From: Wolbachia endosymbiont of Cimex lectularius
Lineage (GTDB): Bacteria; Pseudomonadota; Alphaproteobacteria; Rickettsiales; Anaplasmataceae
Direction of reading: 5' to 3'
DNA: 32,000 nt
Assembly (NCBI RefSeq): GCF_000829315.1
Contig: NZ_AP013028.1
Coordinates: forward strand, 390,001-422,000
Below the pieces are notes generated by a model that did no database searches, was not told the DNA's origin, and saw only the letters and a program-made list of their open reading frames with translations. The stretch's first letter is position 1, and the number at the start of each line of letters is the position of its first letter. Shown here piece after piece: positions 17,658 through 27,671 of this stretch. The translations under genes were made by a program, and so were the position numbers.

Positions 17658-17794
17658 CACATTTTCTATCAAGTCAAATTATACTGTAGAGACTATATAT
17701 TTTTATACAGCTCCTTTTCCTGATCCATTCTCCATCTTAGGCGGCTTTGCTCAGCTCAAAAAATTGAGACTTTTTGGACCTTATATACTATTTA

Positions 17795-18654
17795 GAACCT
17801 GTTTAAAATCTTGGAAATGTGAGGTAAAGTAAGCATAGATTAATAATGAGGTGTCTATGCAGAAAAGTTATCCAAGTAATATAAGTCAAGAGCAGTTTGA
17901 AAAAATCAGGCCAATTTTGGAGAGTAGCAAGCAGAAAACAAAACCAAGAAAACTTGATTTGTATGACGTATTTTGTGGGGTGTTGTACGTCTTAAAAAGT
18001 GGTTGTCAGTGGAGGATGTTACCAAAGGGTTTTCCAAGATGGGAAAGCGTATATTACTATTTTCGAGTGTGGAGTAAAAAGAGTGGAGAAGAGCCAAGCT
18101 TGTTGGAATTAGTCTTAAAAAAAATTAGTTGGAGAGGTCCGTATCAGCAATGGTCGGAAAGAGAAAACTAGCTTTTGTATAATTGATTCTCAAAGCGTTA
18201 AAAACGCAGATACTGCTGAAAAAAAAGGCTATGATGCAGGTAAAAAGATTTCAGGGATAAAGCGCCATATTGCAGTTGATACACAAGGTTTGCCACATGC
18301 AATTTATGTAACAACGGCAGAAGCAACTGACCGTAGCAGTGCTGTGAAAATGGTCGAAAATGCTAAAGCAAACCTCTCTGAAGTTAAAAACATACTGGTT
18401 GATGCTGGCTACACAGGAGAAAATTTTGCAACACAAATAAAAGCTATCATTGGTGCGACTGTTGAAGTAATAAAGCGAAGTGAGTTACACACTTTCGTCG
18501 TATTGCCAAAAAGATGGGTTGTTGAACGCTCTTTTGCCTGGTTAGAAAAGTGCAGGCGATTGTGGAAAAATTGCGAGCGGAAGCTCAACGCTAGCTTACA
18601 GATGATAGTCCTCTCCTTCATTTCTCTCCTGTTACGAAGATTTTAAACAGGTTC
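17795..18654 (+). mobile_element. IS5-family IS copy C (860 bp), TTA duplications at 17792-17794 and 18655-18657
   Basis: It has the same inverted-repeat ends as copy A and matching 3-bp flanks. Confidence 0.9.
17851..18646 (+). CDS. IS5-family DDE transposase, orfA + orfB joined only after a +1 frame change at an A8 run (18117-18124)
   Basis: orfA (106 aa) ends in ..KKISWRGPYQQWSEREN*. The +1 frame reads LVGEVRISNGRKEKTSFCIIDSQSVKNADTAEKKGYDAGKKISGIKRHIAVDTQGLP...DAGY...[11 protein letters not shown], which are IS5-family hallmarks. Confidence 0.8.
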
Positions 18655-18884
18655 TTAGATTAATACAGTTTTTTTGGCATCCATTTAGTAAGAAAATAAC
18701 TAATAAATTCAGTTGCTTATAGTAACTAATTAGAGCTTTTCTTAAGGAGAGCGCGCAGCGAATCATGTGGTTATAACAATTGAAAATGAAAAAGTGTGGA
18801 GATGAGTTTTTGCCATATTATATAAAATCCTTGACTTTATACTGTCAATCATGTAACATTAAGTAAAAATTAAGCGATGGAAAT

Positions 18885-19670
18885 ATGCTTGGCAATCAGG
18901 AAGAGGAATTACAAAATAGACTAACTAGACTAGATAGAAGAGCAAATGATATTATAGATCATCCAAATAAAATAAAACGTACGTTCAATAAAATAATATG
19001 TTACTTTATTTACATTACTTTCTTATGTACAATATTTTTTGTCGTATTGCCTATAGCAATCCTTTTAGGGTTAATATCTCGTTTATTGAGATTACAGCCT
19101 AATGAGGCAGATCTAAGGCCGTTAGCTATAGTAAAGAAAGTAATAAATACAATTTTTACTATTATAGTATTTTTACCTATCCTACTGTTTCTTATTCTTA
19201 CTTCTCCATTATTATTGTGTTTTGCTCTTGTAAATTACTCAGAACTAAGAGAGTTGATAGGCGTCATGCGTGAGGTTCAGCAACTTATTGCTCACAATTT
19301 TCACGTGTTTGCCGGCAGTCAAAGTACCCATGATACACAAGTAAATGACCATATTAAATCAGCTATTGATAATTTAGTTAAAAAGTATGGCATACCTTCA
19401 GAAAGTTTTGACGAGACCCTTTTAACGTATGTCAAAGAGATAAAAGATTTTCCCATTAATGTATCCTCTAAGGAGATTGCTGAAAAAATCATGCAAAACC
19501 AACTAATACAAGCACTAAGTCAGCATAACTCAACAGAATTTACGAAAGTTTTGATTGAGGCAATAGAAGAAGCAAAGAGTAATAATTCTTCTTTAAGAGT
19601 GCATGGAGTGGATTTTTCTAGCAGAAAAATTATCAATGAAATTAAGGAAGAGAAGAGAAGAAAAGATTAG
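18885..19670 (+). CDS. hypothetical membrane protein, probably the 5' fragment of a larger broken gene
   Basis: 261 aa. Two long hydrophobic segments (IICYFIYITFLCTIFFVVLPIAILLGLI and INTIFTIIVFLPILLFLILTSPLLLCFALV) are followed by a soluble domain. A TTGACT-17-TAACAT promoter-like site lies about 40 nt upstream. Confidence 0.55.
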   Translation: MLGNQEEELQNRLTRLDRRANDIIDHPNKIKRTFNKIICYFIYITFLCTIFFVVLPIAILLGLISRLLRLQPNEADLRPLAIVKKVINTIFTIIVFLPILLFLILTSPLLLCFALVNYSELRELIGVMREVQQLIAHNFHVFAGSQSTHDTQVNDHIKSAIDNLVKKYGIPSESFDETLLTYVKEIKDFPINVSSKEIAEKIMQNQLIQALSQHNSTEFTKVLIEAIEEAKSNNSSLRVHGVDFSSRKIINEIKEEKRRKD

Positions 19671-19671
19671 T

Positions 19672-20310
19672 GGTTAAATGCTTAGAACGTATAAAGCAAA
19701 ACAACGATACACGCCATAATTTAACACTAAGACAAGCTATTAATTTAGTGATGAAGGCCCTTGAAGATGTCTCAAGCAAAGTGACGAAGAAAGAAAAACT
19801 ACGTTAATAATACACTTACTCGACATTCAAACGACCTATGACGGTAATCAGGAAGCATGTTTTGTTGGTAGTTTTAATAAAATTATAGAAGTATTAGATC
19901 ATGTACATCCTCTTGTTGCAACACCTTCAGGTAGTGATAGAATAAAACAGGTAGTGGCATATAAAGCTCCAATAATAGTTAATGGACTTTTCGAAGAGCA
20001 ATCTGAAACCGATAAAGAAGCTATAAAAGAGTGTTGGGGCGATGACGAAAAAGCTGATGATGCCAACAAAATTTATGTTAAATTTTTAGAAGAGGTAAAG
20101 CAAGAGGTTAAAAAGAGATTAAGTGAAGAATTCACAGAAATATCAGACTATATAGAAAAAGAGGTTGTAGAAAATCTTAAGTATGTAGAGTTACTATCTC
20201 TTAATTTAACAAATACATCTTTAACAAATATATCTATAGACTACGATCATAAGCAAGAAATGCGAAAAAAATATCAGATAGAAGTTAAAGGTTCCGAAAT
20301 AAGCATATAA
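19672..20310 (+). pseudogene. downstream fragments of the same gene in two other frames
   Basis: An open frame at 19672-19806 reads VVKCLERIKQNNDTRHNLTLRQAINLVMKALEDVSSKVTKKEKLR*. The 19954-20310 ORF is open upstream to about 19808 (IIHLLDIQTTYDGNQEACFVGSFNKIIEVLDHVHPLVATPSG...). Three abutting frames suggest frameshift decay. Confidence 0.5.
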
Positions 20311-20335
20311 TAAATGATATAGGGTATGCAGCAAT

Positions 20336-20893
20336 TCACTTTACCAACGGCAGAGTAATACCGCACTGCTTCATATACTTTCCTTTCATGTCATCATATG
20401 ATTTTTCGCACTCGCTTTCACCACTTAAAAACACAAATTGGCACGCCCCTTCATCAGCGTAAATTTTTGCAGGAAGTGGAGTAGTGTTTGAGAATTCGAG
20501 TGTGACATGACCTTCCCATCCAGGCTCCAAAGGAGTAACGTTTACTATAATCCCACACCTTGCATAAGTCGATTTACCAACACAAATAACTAGTACATTC
20601 CTTGGTATACGAAAATATTCAACTGTACTTGCAAGTGCGAAGCTGTTTGGCGGAATTATGCATATATCTGTTTCCTTATCTATAAAACTATTCTCGGAAA
20701 AATTCTTAGGGTCCACCACAGCTGAATTGACGTTAGTAAAAATCTTGAATTTATTGCCAACTCTCGCGTCATACCCATAAGATGATAGTCCAAAAGATAT
20801 AACACCTTTACTGCTTTTGTGATCCACAAAAGGCTCTATCATTCCAAAGTTTTCAGCTTTTTCTTTTATCCATTTATCCGGCATAACCGCCAT
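20336..20893 (-). CDS. dcd: dCTP deaminase
   Basis: 185 aa. MPDKWI..., SSYGYD and [21 protein letters not shown] are typical of Dcd. Confidence 0.92.
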   Translation of the reverse strand: MAVMPDKWIKEKAENFGMIEPFVDHKSSKGVISFGLSSYGYDARVGNKFKIFTNVNSAVVDPKNFSENSFIDKETDICIIPPNSFALASTVEYFRIPRNVLVICVGKSTYARCGIIVNVTPLEPGWEGHVTLEFSNTTPLPAKIYADEGACQFVFLSGESECEKSYDDMKGKYMKQCGITLPLVK

Positions 20894-21026
20894 AATTTTC
20901 CTCTAAAGTTGTGTAATACTTACAATAATATAAAATAAAATTTAAATGTAAACTACAGACCTAGCAACTTGCATTATTCCAGCATCAGTTAAATAACTGC
21001 ATGAATATTGTGATATAAGCTCCAAA

Positions 21027-21079
21027 GTGATATCATCCAAGTAGCCCCCATAATGCCATTCCAGCGCGTGACGCTGGTC
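21027..21079. repeat. WPE-like palindromic repeat with CCAGCG-N5-CGCTGG hairpin (21061-21077)
   Basis: ATCATCCAAGTAGC...GCCATTCCAGCGCGTGACGCTGG shares both halves with the 14900-14988 element in rearranged orientation. Confidence 0.55.
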
Positions 21080-21565
21080 AGCTATAAAATTCAAGAAAAT
21101 ATTTAAGAAATTTACCAAGCGAGAAAAAAAGCAAAAGAAGCCCCGGTCGGTGGCTAATTATTTATATGTACCTCAAATATCGGCGTTTTTATCCTCAACG
21201 CTACGATTCAGCTACTTTTAAATGCAAATAACCAAAACTGTAAACGTTAAGAAATTTACTAAACAGGAAAAAGGGCAAAAAAACTCTAGGGCAGCTAGTA
21301 TTCAAATTCTCCCTTGTCTATTTGACGTTCTATACTGTCTTAAACGACTTATAAGAGCGTTTGAGCTTGTATAGGTAAAAACCAGAAGTTTTAAAAAGAC
21401 GTGAGGTGCACATAGTGCAAAAATTTAAACATGAGACGCCAAATACCCTAAGTTTTTTGTCATTAACCTGCACAAATTGCGAAGATAAATAAATAACTTC
21501 AGTATCATTATAAGGGTAACCGCGAAGGTTGTCAAGTAGTTTTTTTAGTTCTGTTTCTATGGCCG
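21080..21565 (-). repeat. ~470-bp non-coding repeat family, copy X2 (sense on - strand)
   Basis: It is near-identical to X3 (27939-28415) apart from small indels. It contains an internal degenerate direct repeat starting with TTAAGAAATTTAC at 21103 and 21247. Confidence 0.8.
21507..21535 (-). promoter_or_regulatory. consensus sigma70 promoter inside X2, TTGACA-17-TATAAT
   Basis: On the minus strand the -35 is at 21535-21530 and the -10 at 21512-21507. It points toward dcd. Confidence 0.55.
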
Positions 21566-21631
21566 GTGTTACGCATTGGAGTGACATAAATCTTGTGTTG
21601 TTTAAAAAGAGTGCTTAGGGCAGCAAAAAAT

Positions 21632-22543
21632 ATGACAATTCTCAGTATCATTGGAAGGTTTTGCTTAAAAATATATTTTATTTCATTTAGAATATCTTAC
21701 TTGGTTTGTTTATATATAGTGAATAAGTTACTACAGAAGTTTTACAGCATTATTTATTGTCTTTACCGTGCTTTGATTGACACAATTTATAATGACGGAA
21801 TGGAGCATGCTGGATATTTATCATTTTTAATCCTGTTGTCAATATTCCCTTTCCTCATCGTTTTAATAGCTTTAGCGTCAACATTTGCAAATTTCTTAGA
21901 CCAATATAACATTGGCTGGGCATTTATAATTGATCACATGCCACAGGACATTTTAGCATCCTTAATGCCGCGTATTAGGGAGATAATATCTGGTCCGCCA
22001 CAGAGTTTATTGACTTTGGCAATCGTGGGTGCTGTTTGGACAGCCTCGTCAACGATTGAAGGGCTGAGAACAATATTGAATAAAGCCTACAAAGTTCCAG
22101 TTTCGCCACCTTATATATTGAGAAGGGTGCTCAGTATATTGCAATTTTTGGTAATTACGCTTATTATAACTCTGACTATAGTGTTCTCTACATTAGTGCC
22201 AATGCTGATTGATTTTTCCTATCATGGGCTAAGTTATACTAAATATCTCCTCATCGAATTTGTACTCTTTATAGTGGTTTCCTGGCTATACTTTATGCTA
22301 CCCAGCGTAAAACAAAATATGTCAGATGTATTTCCTGGATCTTGTGTAGCTGTTATGCTTTGGACAGCTTCTGCTTCAGCTTTCAAACAATACCTAAAAG
22401 CTTCCTTTGGCCAATTGGACTTAATATACGGAAGTTTAGGTGGTGTGGTGGTGTCATTACTATTTTTCTATATAGTGAGTTTAATTTTTATATATGGAGC
22501 AAAGTTTAATTTTCAGCTAAAATGTCTTAATGAGTCTCGCTAA
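21632..22543 (+). CDS. YihY/BrkB-family membrane protein (formerly annotated RNase BN)
   Basis: Polytopic. AGYLSFLILLSIFPFLIVL and GSLGGVVVSLLFFYIVSLIFIYGA are typical of the YihY family. I prefer the ATG at 21632; the listed TTG start at 21593 lies inside repeat X2's flank. Confidence 0.72.
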   Translation: MTILSIIGRFCLKIYFISFRISYLVCLYIVNKLLQKFYSIIYCLYRALIDTIYNDGMEHAGYLSFLILLSIFPFLIVLIALASTFANFLDQYNIGWAFIIDHMPQDILASLMPRIREIISGPPQSLLTLAIVGAVWTASSTIEGLRTILNKAYKVPVSPPYILRRVLSILQFLVITLIITLTIVFSTLVPMLIDFSYHGLSYTKYLLIEFVLFIVVSWLYFMLPSVKQNMSDVFPGSCVAVMLWTASASAFKQYLKASFGQLDLIYGSLGGVVVSLLFFYIVSLIFIYGAKFNFQLKCLNESR

Positions 22544-22552
22544 GGAGAAAGA

Positions 22553-23302
22553 ATGGGTAAGTTAGAAGGCAAAATAGCTTTAATTACCGGGGCTTCAGGT
22601 GGAATTGGGTCTGCTGTTGCAAAAAGGTTTGTAAAGGAAGGTGCGTGTGTAATTTTAATTTCAAGGTCTATTGATCATCTCAAGCCACTGTACAATGAAA
22701 TTGAGGAATTTGAAGAATTCAAAGAAGGCTCTGTTAAGCTAATTCAACTTGATCTTTTGGACTTTGAAAACGTAAAGATACTAACAAACATGATAGAAAG
22801 CCTAAAATTATCAGAGTCTGGGGCACTTGATATATTAGTTGCATGTACTGGAATTTTAGGTAAATTGAATCCTGTTCATGATTGTGAGCTTGAGGAGTTG
22901 CAGAATGTAATGAATACAAATTTTACTGCCAATTGGTACTTGCTAAAAAACTTGGATCCAATGCTGAAAAAATCTAATTCTGGAAGAGTGATATTCATGA
23001 CTTCAGAAGTAACACTTTCTCCTTCTTCTTATCCGTATTGGGTACCTTATGCTGCAAGTAAAGCTGCACTAGAAATCATGGTAAAGATATATGCATCTGA
23101 GACAAAACATACAAAGCTGTGCGCGAATGCTGTATATCCAGAAGGACCTGTTGACAGCGAAATGTACAAGCAAGCGTTTCCTGGAAAGGATACGCCTGAA
23201 CTAGTGCTGCCTGACAAACTAACAGACAAATTCGTGGAGTTAGCTTCTGAAGATTGTAGCGTATCAGGACAAATTTTACCATTGAGCAAATCTCTTGAAT
23301 AA
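22553..23302 (+). CDS. short-chain dehydrogenase/reductase (SDR)
   Basis: Contains the TGASGGIGSAVA Rossmann motif and the YAASKAALE (YxxxK) catalytic motif. An AAGGAG RBS is present. Confidence 0.85.
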   Translation: MGKLEGKIALITGASGGIGSAVAKRFVKEGACVILISRSIDHLKPLYNEIEEFEEFKEGSVKLIQLDLLDFENVKILTNMIESLKLSESGALDILVACTGILGKLNPVHDCELEELQNVMNTNFTANWYLLKNLDPMLKKSNSGRVIFMTSEVTLSPSSYPYWVPYAASKAALEIMVKIYASETKHTKLCANAVYPEGPVDSEMYKQAFPGKDTPELVLPDKLTDKFVELASEDCSVSGQILPLSKSLE

Positions 23303-23306
23303 GTTG

Positions 23307-23359
23307 CACAACTGTACGAACATTATGACTCTAGCCTACCAAGAGGGTGTCATGAACTA
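23307..23359. repeat. WPE-like repeat unit
   Basis: CAACTGTACGAACATTATGACTCTAGCCTACCAAGAGGGTGTCATGAACTAC parallels 4358-4410. Confidence 0.6.
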
Positions 23360-25156
23360 CTAGTCATTTATCTTCAAAGCTTGAATAAAAGCATTACGCG
23401 GAATATTGACATTTCCTATAGAATGCAATCTTTTCTTACCTTTCTTTTGTTTTTCTAAAAGCTTCATTCTTCGCGTTACATCCCCACCATAGAGTTTAGC
23501 TGTCACATCCTTTCTGTATGGATTAATCGTTTCCCTGGCAATAATTTTGCTACCCACTGCTGCTTGAATTACAATCTTATATTGCTGACGTGGTATCAAA
23601 TCCTTCAAACGCGCACATATCTCACGTCCCCTTTTTTCTGCCCTACTTTTGTGAACAATGCATGCCAATGCATCCACAGGCTCTCCATTAACTAAAAAAC
23701 TCAATTTATCTATTTGACTTTCTCGATAATCGGAAATTTCCCAATCCAAACTTGCGTATCCCTTAGAAATCGATTTTAGCCTATCGTAAAAATCAAAAAC
23801 AACCTCAGATAGCGGTAACTTATACTTCATCAGTGCTGTTGTTGTGCTACCAACATAAGATAAATCTTTTTGCTCTCCCCTTCTTTCTTCACACAGAGAT
23901 AGAATTTCTCCTAAATATTGATCAGGTACCATTATGGTTGCAGTAATCCACGGCTCTTCCACCATCTCAACCTTTGTAGGATCTGGCATATCACTTGGAT
24001 TATGAATATTCAGAATTTCGCCATTCCATGTTGTAACTCTATATATAACACTCGGCGCGGTTGCCGTTAGGTCTAAATCAAACTCTCTCTCAAGCCTTTC
24101 TTGAATAACCTCAAGGTGTAACATTCCCAAAAAACCGCAACGGAATCCATAACCCAGCGCATTTGAGGTTTCAGCCTCAAAGGTAAAGCTAGCATCATTT
24201 AAATGTAGTTTTTCCAGCGCCTCTCTTAAATATTTAAAGTCATCTGTTTTGTTGGGAAAAATGCTACAGAATACCACAGGGTGCACTTCTTTAAATCCAG
24301 GAAGTGCTTCACTACAAGGCCTCTTTTCCTCGGTGATGGTGTTCCCTACCCTACAGTCTGCCACTTCTTTCATTGAAGCAGTTATAAAACCAACTTCACC
24401 TGCTGAAAGTTCACCAGTCATTACCTTTTTAGGAGTAAAAATACCGATATTATCCACCTGGTATGTGGCATTGTTGGACATCATAACAATCTTCATGCTT
24501 TTTTTTAGCACTCCATTTTTAACTCGCACTAAAATTACTACTCCCAAATAAGGATCATACCAACTATCAACTAAAATTGCCTGCAGTGGAGCGTTTGCAT
24601 CACCCTGTGGAGCTGGAAGTTTCGTCACTATTGCTTCCAGTACATCCCTTATTCCAAGTCCAGTTTTTGCCGATATTAAAACTGACTCGCTTGCGTCAAT
24701 ACCAATTACTTCCTCAATCTGAAGCTTTACCTTTTCTGGATCTGCAGCAGGAAGATCAACTTTATTGAGCACAACTATTATCTCATGATTATTATCAACA
24801 GCTTTGTACACATTCGCAAGAGTTTGAGCTTCAACTCCCTGGCTGCTATCTACCACCAAAAGTGAACCTTCGCACGCAGCCAAGCTTCGACTCACTTCAT
24901 ACGAAAAGTCAACATGACCTGGGGTATCCATAAGGTTCAAGCAATATTGATTCCCATCATTTGCAGTGTAGTTGAGTCTTACCGTCTGTGCTTTGATTGT
25001 AATTCCACGTTCGCGTTCTATCTCCATTGAATCAAGCACTTGATTGGTCATTTCCCTTGCCTCAAGACCATTACATTCTTCTATTAAACGATCGGCAAGC
25101 GTTGACTTTCCGTGATCTATATGTGCTATTATTGCAAAATTTCTTATATTATCCAT
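23360..25156 (-). CDS. lepA: translation elongation factor 4 (LepA)
   Basis: 598 aa. [21 protein letters not shown], the DTPGHVDF GTPase motifs and the LepA C-terminal domain are present. Confidence 0.95.
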   Translation of the reverse strand: MDNIRNFAIIAHIDHGKSTLADRLIEECNGLEAREMTNQVLDSMEIERERGITIKAQTVRLNYTANDGNQYCLNLMDTPGHVDFSYEVSRSLAACEGSLLVVDSSQGVEAQTLANVYKAVDNNHEIIVVLNKVDLPAADPEKVKLQIEEVIGIDASESVLISAKTGLGIRDVLEAIVTKLPAPQGDANAPLQAILVDSWYDPYLGVVILVRVKNGVLKKSMKIVMMSNNATYQVDNIGIFTPKKVMTGELSAGEVGFITASMKEVADCRVGNTITEEKRPCSEALPGFKEVHPVVFCSIFPNKTDDFKYLREALEKLHLNDASFTFEAETSNALGYGFRCGFLGMLHLEVIQERLEREFDLDLTATAPSVIYRVTTWNGEILNIHNPSDMPDPTKVEMVEEPWITATIMVPDQYLGEILSLCEERRGEQKDLSYVGSTTTALMKYKLPLSEVVFDFYDRLKSISKGYASLDWEISDYRESQIDKLSFLVNGEPVDALACIVHKSRAEKRGREICARLKDLIPRQQYKIVIQAAVGSKIIARETINPYRKDVTAKLYGGDVTRRMKLLEKQKKGKKRLHSIGNVNIPRNAFIQALKIND

Positions 25157-25220
25157 TGATGGCTATTCTACATATTTAAGTAGAACTATTTTACATTTGA
25201 AGTGCTGTAAGGGCAATTAT

Positions 25221-26618
25221 TTACTTTCCCTTCAACATAGACGACACCTGCTTCGAGTGAGAAACCACCTTATTAACCATATAGCTCTCATGATTATTAT
25301 CTATTTTAGACAATTCATATAGGTAATTCACCATCATTCCAGCCGACTGACTAATCCCCTTTTCAGAAACATCTGCCATCCAGTTTAGTTGTTTTATTGA
25401 TGCACCATTGCTGAAATGAAAATGCGCTACCGGATCATAAGCACCGCCACTACTGTTTTTAACCTTCAGCAAGTAATGTGCACAGAGCTTCAGCAAGCAT
25501 TGTTTTTCGCATTCAGTATTGGTTTTTAACTGCTCTATGCTTTCTAAAATTTCTGCACTAGATTGCTTTATATTCAGTTTACTCAATAAAGTAATGTCTT
25601 GGCTTAAACTTTCTTTCAGCCATTTTGTAAAGCCAGGTATTGGGGAAAGAGTTACGTATGTTTTTATACTCTTAAACTCCTGCGACAGCTTTTCCACAAC
25701 CCTTTTGATCAAAAAATTACCCAGGCTGATTCCAGACAACCCTGCTTGGGTATTTGATATTGAATAGAATATGGCAGTGCTTGCACTGCTTGGATCACTT
25801 GAAGGTACCGACTCATCTAAGAGATGTTGAATGCTATCTGCAATTCCATCCATCAATGCAACTTCTACAAAAATTAGAGGCTCGTTTGGTATTTTGTAAT
25901 GAAAAAAGGCAAAACATAGACGATCAGAATCCAGCCTGTTTTTTAAGTCACCCCAAGAAGAAATTTTATGCACAGCTTCATATTTTATAAGTTTTTCTAA
26001 CAACGATGCAGGTGAATCCCAGGTAATTTGACGAAGATCGAGTAGATCAACGTCAACCCAGGAGAGAAGTATGCTTTTCAATTCACTTTCTAGTCGATTG
26101 AGCTCTTTATATTGGTTCTTTAACTTAAGCACGTCAGAACGCATATCGACAATAAACTTAAGGCCTTCCGGCAAAGAAATAAATTGCTTCAATATTTTAG
26201 AACGTGGTGATTCAAGAACTTTTACCAAGTCTTGTTCAAATTTATAGTTTAATTCGGGATTCTGATTTTCCCTATATTCTTTTATTTTTTCATCTATTTC
26301 CGCTTTATTCAGACTAAATTTTTCTGCCAGGGTTTGCAGAAATTTTATTTTACCCTTCTCTGATAAACTTAAATACAGATTACCAAGAGATACGGTGTTC
26401 TTACGTGCTGAGACCTCCCCTCCCTTTGGGTTTAAGCACTCGTTCATCTTCAAGACTAAGCTATCAATATCGCGGCTATTGCTTAAATCAGGGCCAATAT
26501 TGCCAATCCACGATCTTACAGCATCTGCAACTCCACCAAATATCTTAAAAAAGCCACTTACTGCTTTCTTATCTTCAACTTGCGCTATATCAGTTTTAAC
26601 TAGTGATTCTTTCGTCAT
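25221..26618 (-). CDS. malonyl-CoA decarboxylase family protein
   Basis: 465 aa. The C-terminal DPVAHFHFSNGASIKQLNWMADVSEKGISQSAGMMVNYLY matches the MCD catalytic-domain motif as I recall it. This gene is common in Rickettsiales. Confidence 0.72.
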   Translation of the reverse strand: MTKESLVKTDIAQVEDKKAVSGFFKIFGGVADAVRSWIGNIGPDLSNSRDIDSLVLKMNECLNPKGGEVSARKNTVSLGNLYLSLSEKGKIKFLQTLAEKFSLNKAEIDEKIKEYRENQNPELNYKFEQDLVKVLESPRSKILKQFISLPEGLKFIVDMRSDVLKLKNQYKELNRLESELKSILLSWVDVDLLDLRQITWDSPASLLEKLIKYEAVHKISSWGDLKNRLDSDRLCFAFFHYKIPNEPLIFVEVALMDGIADSIQHLLDESVPSSDPSSASTAIFYSISNTQAGLSGISLGNFLIKRVVEKLSQEFKSIKTYVTLSPIPGFTKWLKESLSQDITLLSKLNIKQSSAEILESIEQLKTNTECEKQCLLKLCAHYLLKVKNSSGGAYDPVAHFHFSNGASIKQLNWMADVSEKGISQSAGMMVNYLYELSKIDNNHESYMVNKVVSHSKQVSSMLKGK

Positions 26619-26811
26619 AGATTTCTTTTACCGTACATCTATATTAAACCAAAGAAAAATCTTAGTCTATACAGCAGGCATCGTTATCAGATTATTAGTA
26701 ATTTTTATGATATAATTGTGTCAATGGAGAGTAATACTATGGCAGAGGCAAAGGGAAATCCAATAGTTACATTGAAAGCCCAAGCTGAAAAGTTTGACTT
26801 CAGCAAACTAA

Positions 26812-27671
26812 GAACCTGTTTAAAATCTTGGAAATGTGAGGTAAAGTAAGCATAGATTAATAATGAGGTGTCTATGCAGAAAAGTTATCCAAGTAATATA
26901 AGTCAAGAGCAGTTTGAAAAAATCAGGCCAATTTTGGAGAGTAGCAAGCAGAAAACAAAACCAAGAAAACTTGATTTGTATGACGTATTTTGTGGGGTGT
27001 TGTACGTCTTAAAAAGTGGTTGTCAGTGGAGGATGTTACCAAAGGGTTTTCCAAGATGGGAAAGCGTATATTACTATTTTCGAGTGTGGAGTAAAAAGAA
27101 TGGAGAAGAGCCAAGCTTGTTGGAATTAGTCTTAAAAAAAATTAGTTGGAGAGGTCCGTATCAGCAATGGTCGGAAAGAGAAAACTAGCTTTTGTATAAT
27201 TGATTCTCAAAGCGTTAAAAACGCAGATACTGCTGAAAAAAAAGGCTATGATGCAGGTAAAAAGATTTCAGGGATAAAGCGCCATATTGCAGTTGATACA
27301 CAAGGTTTGCCACATGCAATTTGTGTAACAACGGCAGAAGCAACTGACCGTAGCAGTGCTGTGAAAATGGTCGAAAATGCTAAAGCAAACCTCTCTGAAG
27401 TTAAAAACATACTGGTTGATGCTGGCTACACAGGAGAAAATTTTGCAACACAAATAAAAGCTATCATTGGTGCGACTGTTGAAGTAATAAAGCGAAGTGA
27501 GTTACACACTTTCGTCGTATTGCCAAAAAGATGGGTTGTTGAACGCTCTTTTGCCTGGTTAGAAAAGTGCAGGCGATTGTGGAAAAATTGCGAGCGGAAG
27601 CTCAACACTAGCTTACAGATGATAGTCCTCTCCTTCATTTCTCTCCTGTTACGAAGATTTTAAACAGGTTC
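26812..27671 (+). mobile_element. IS5-family IS copy D (860 bp); flanks TAA (26809-26811) versus TTA (27672-27674)
   Basis: It has the same ends as copies A to C. It differs by a few SNPs, for example Y to C in AIYVTT. Confidence 0.9.
26868..27663 (+). CDS. IS5-family DDE transposase (orfA/orfB, A8 run at 27134-27141)
   Basis: The organisation is the same as in copy C. Confidence 0.8.
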
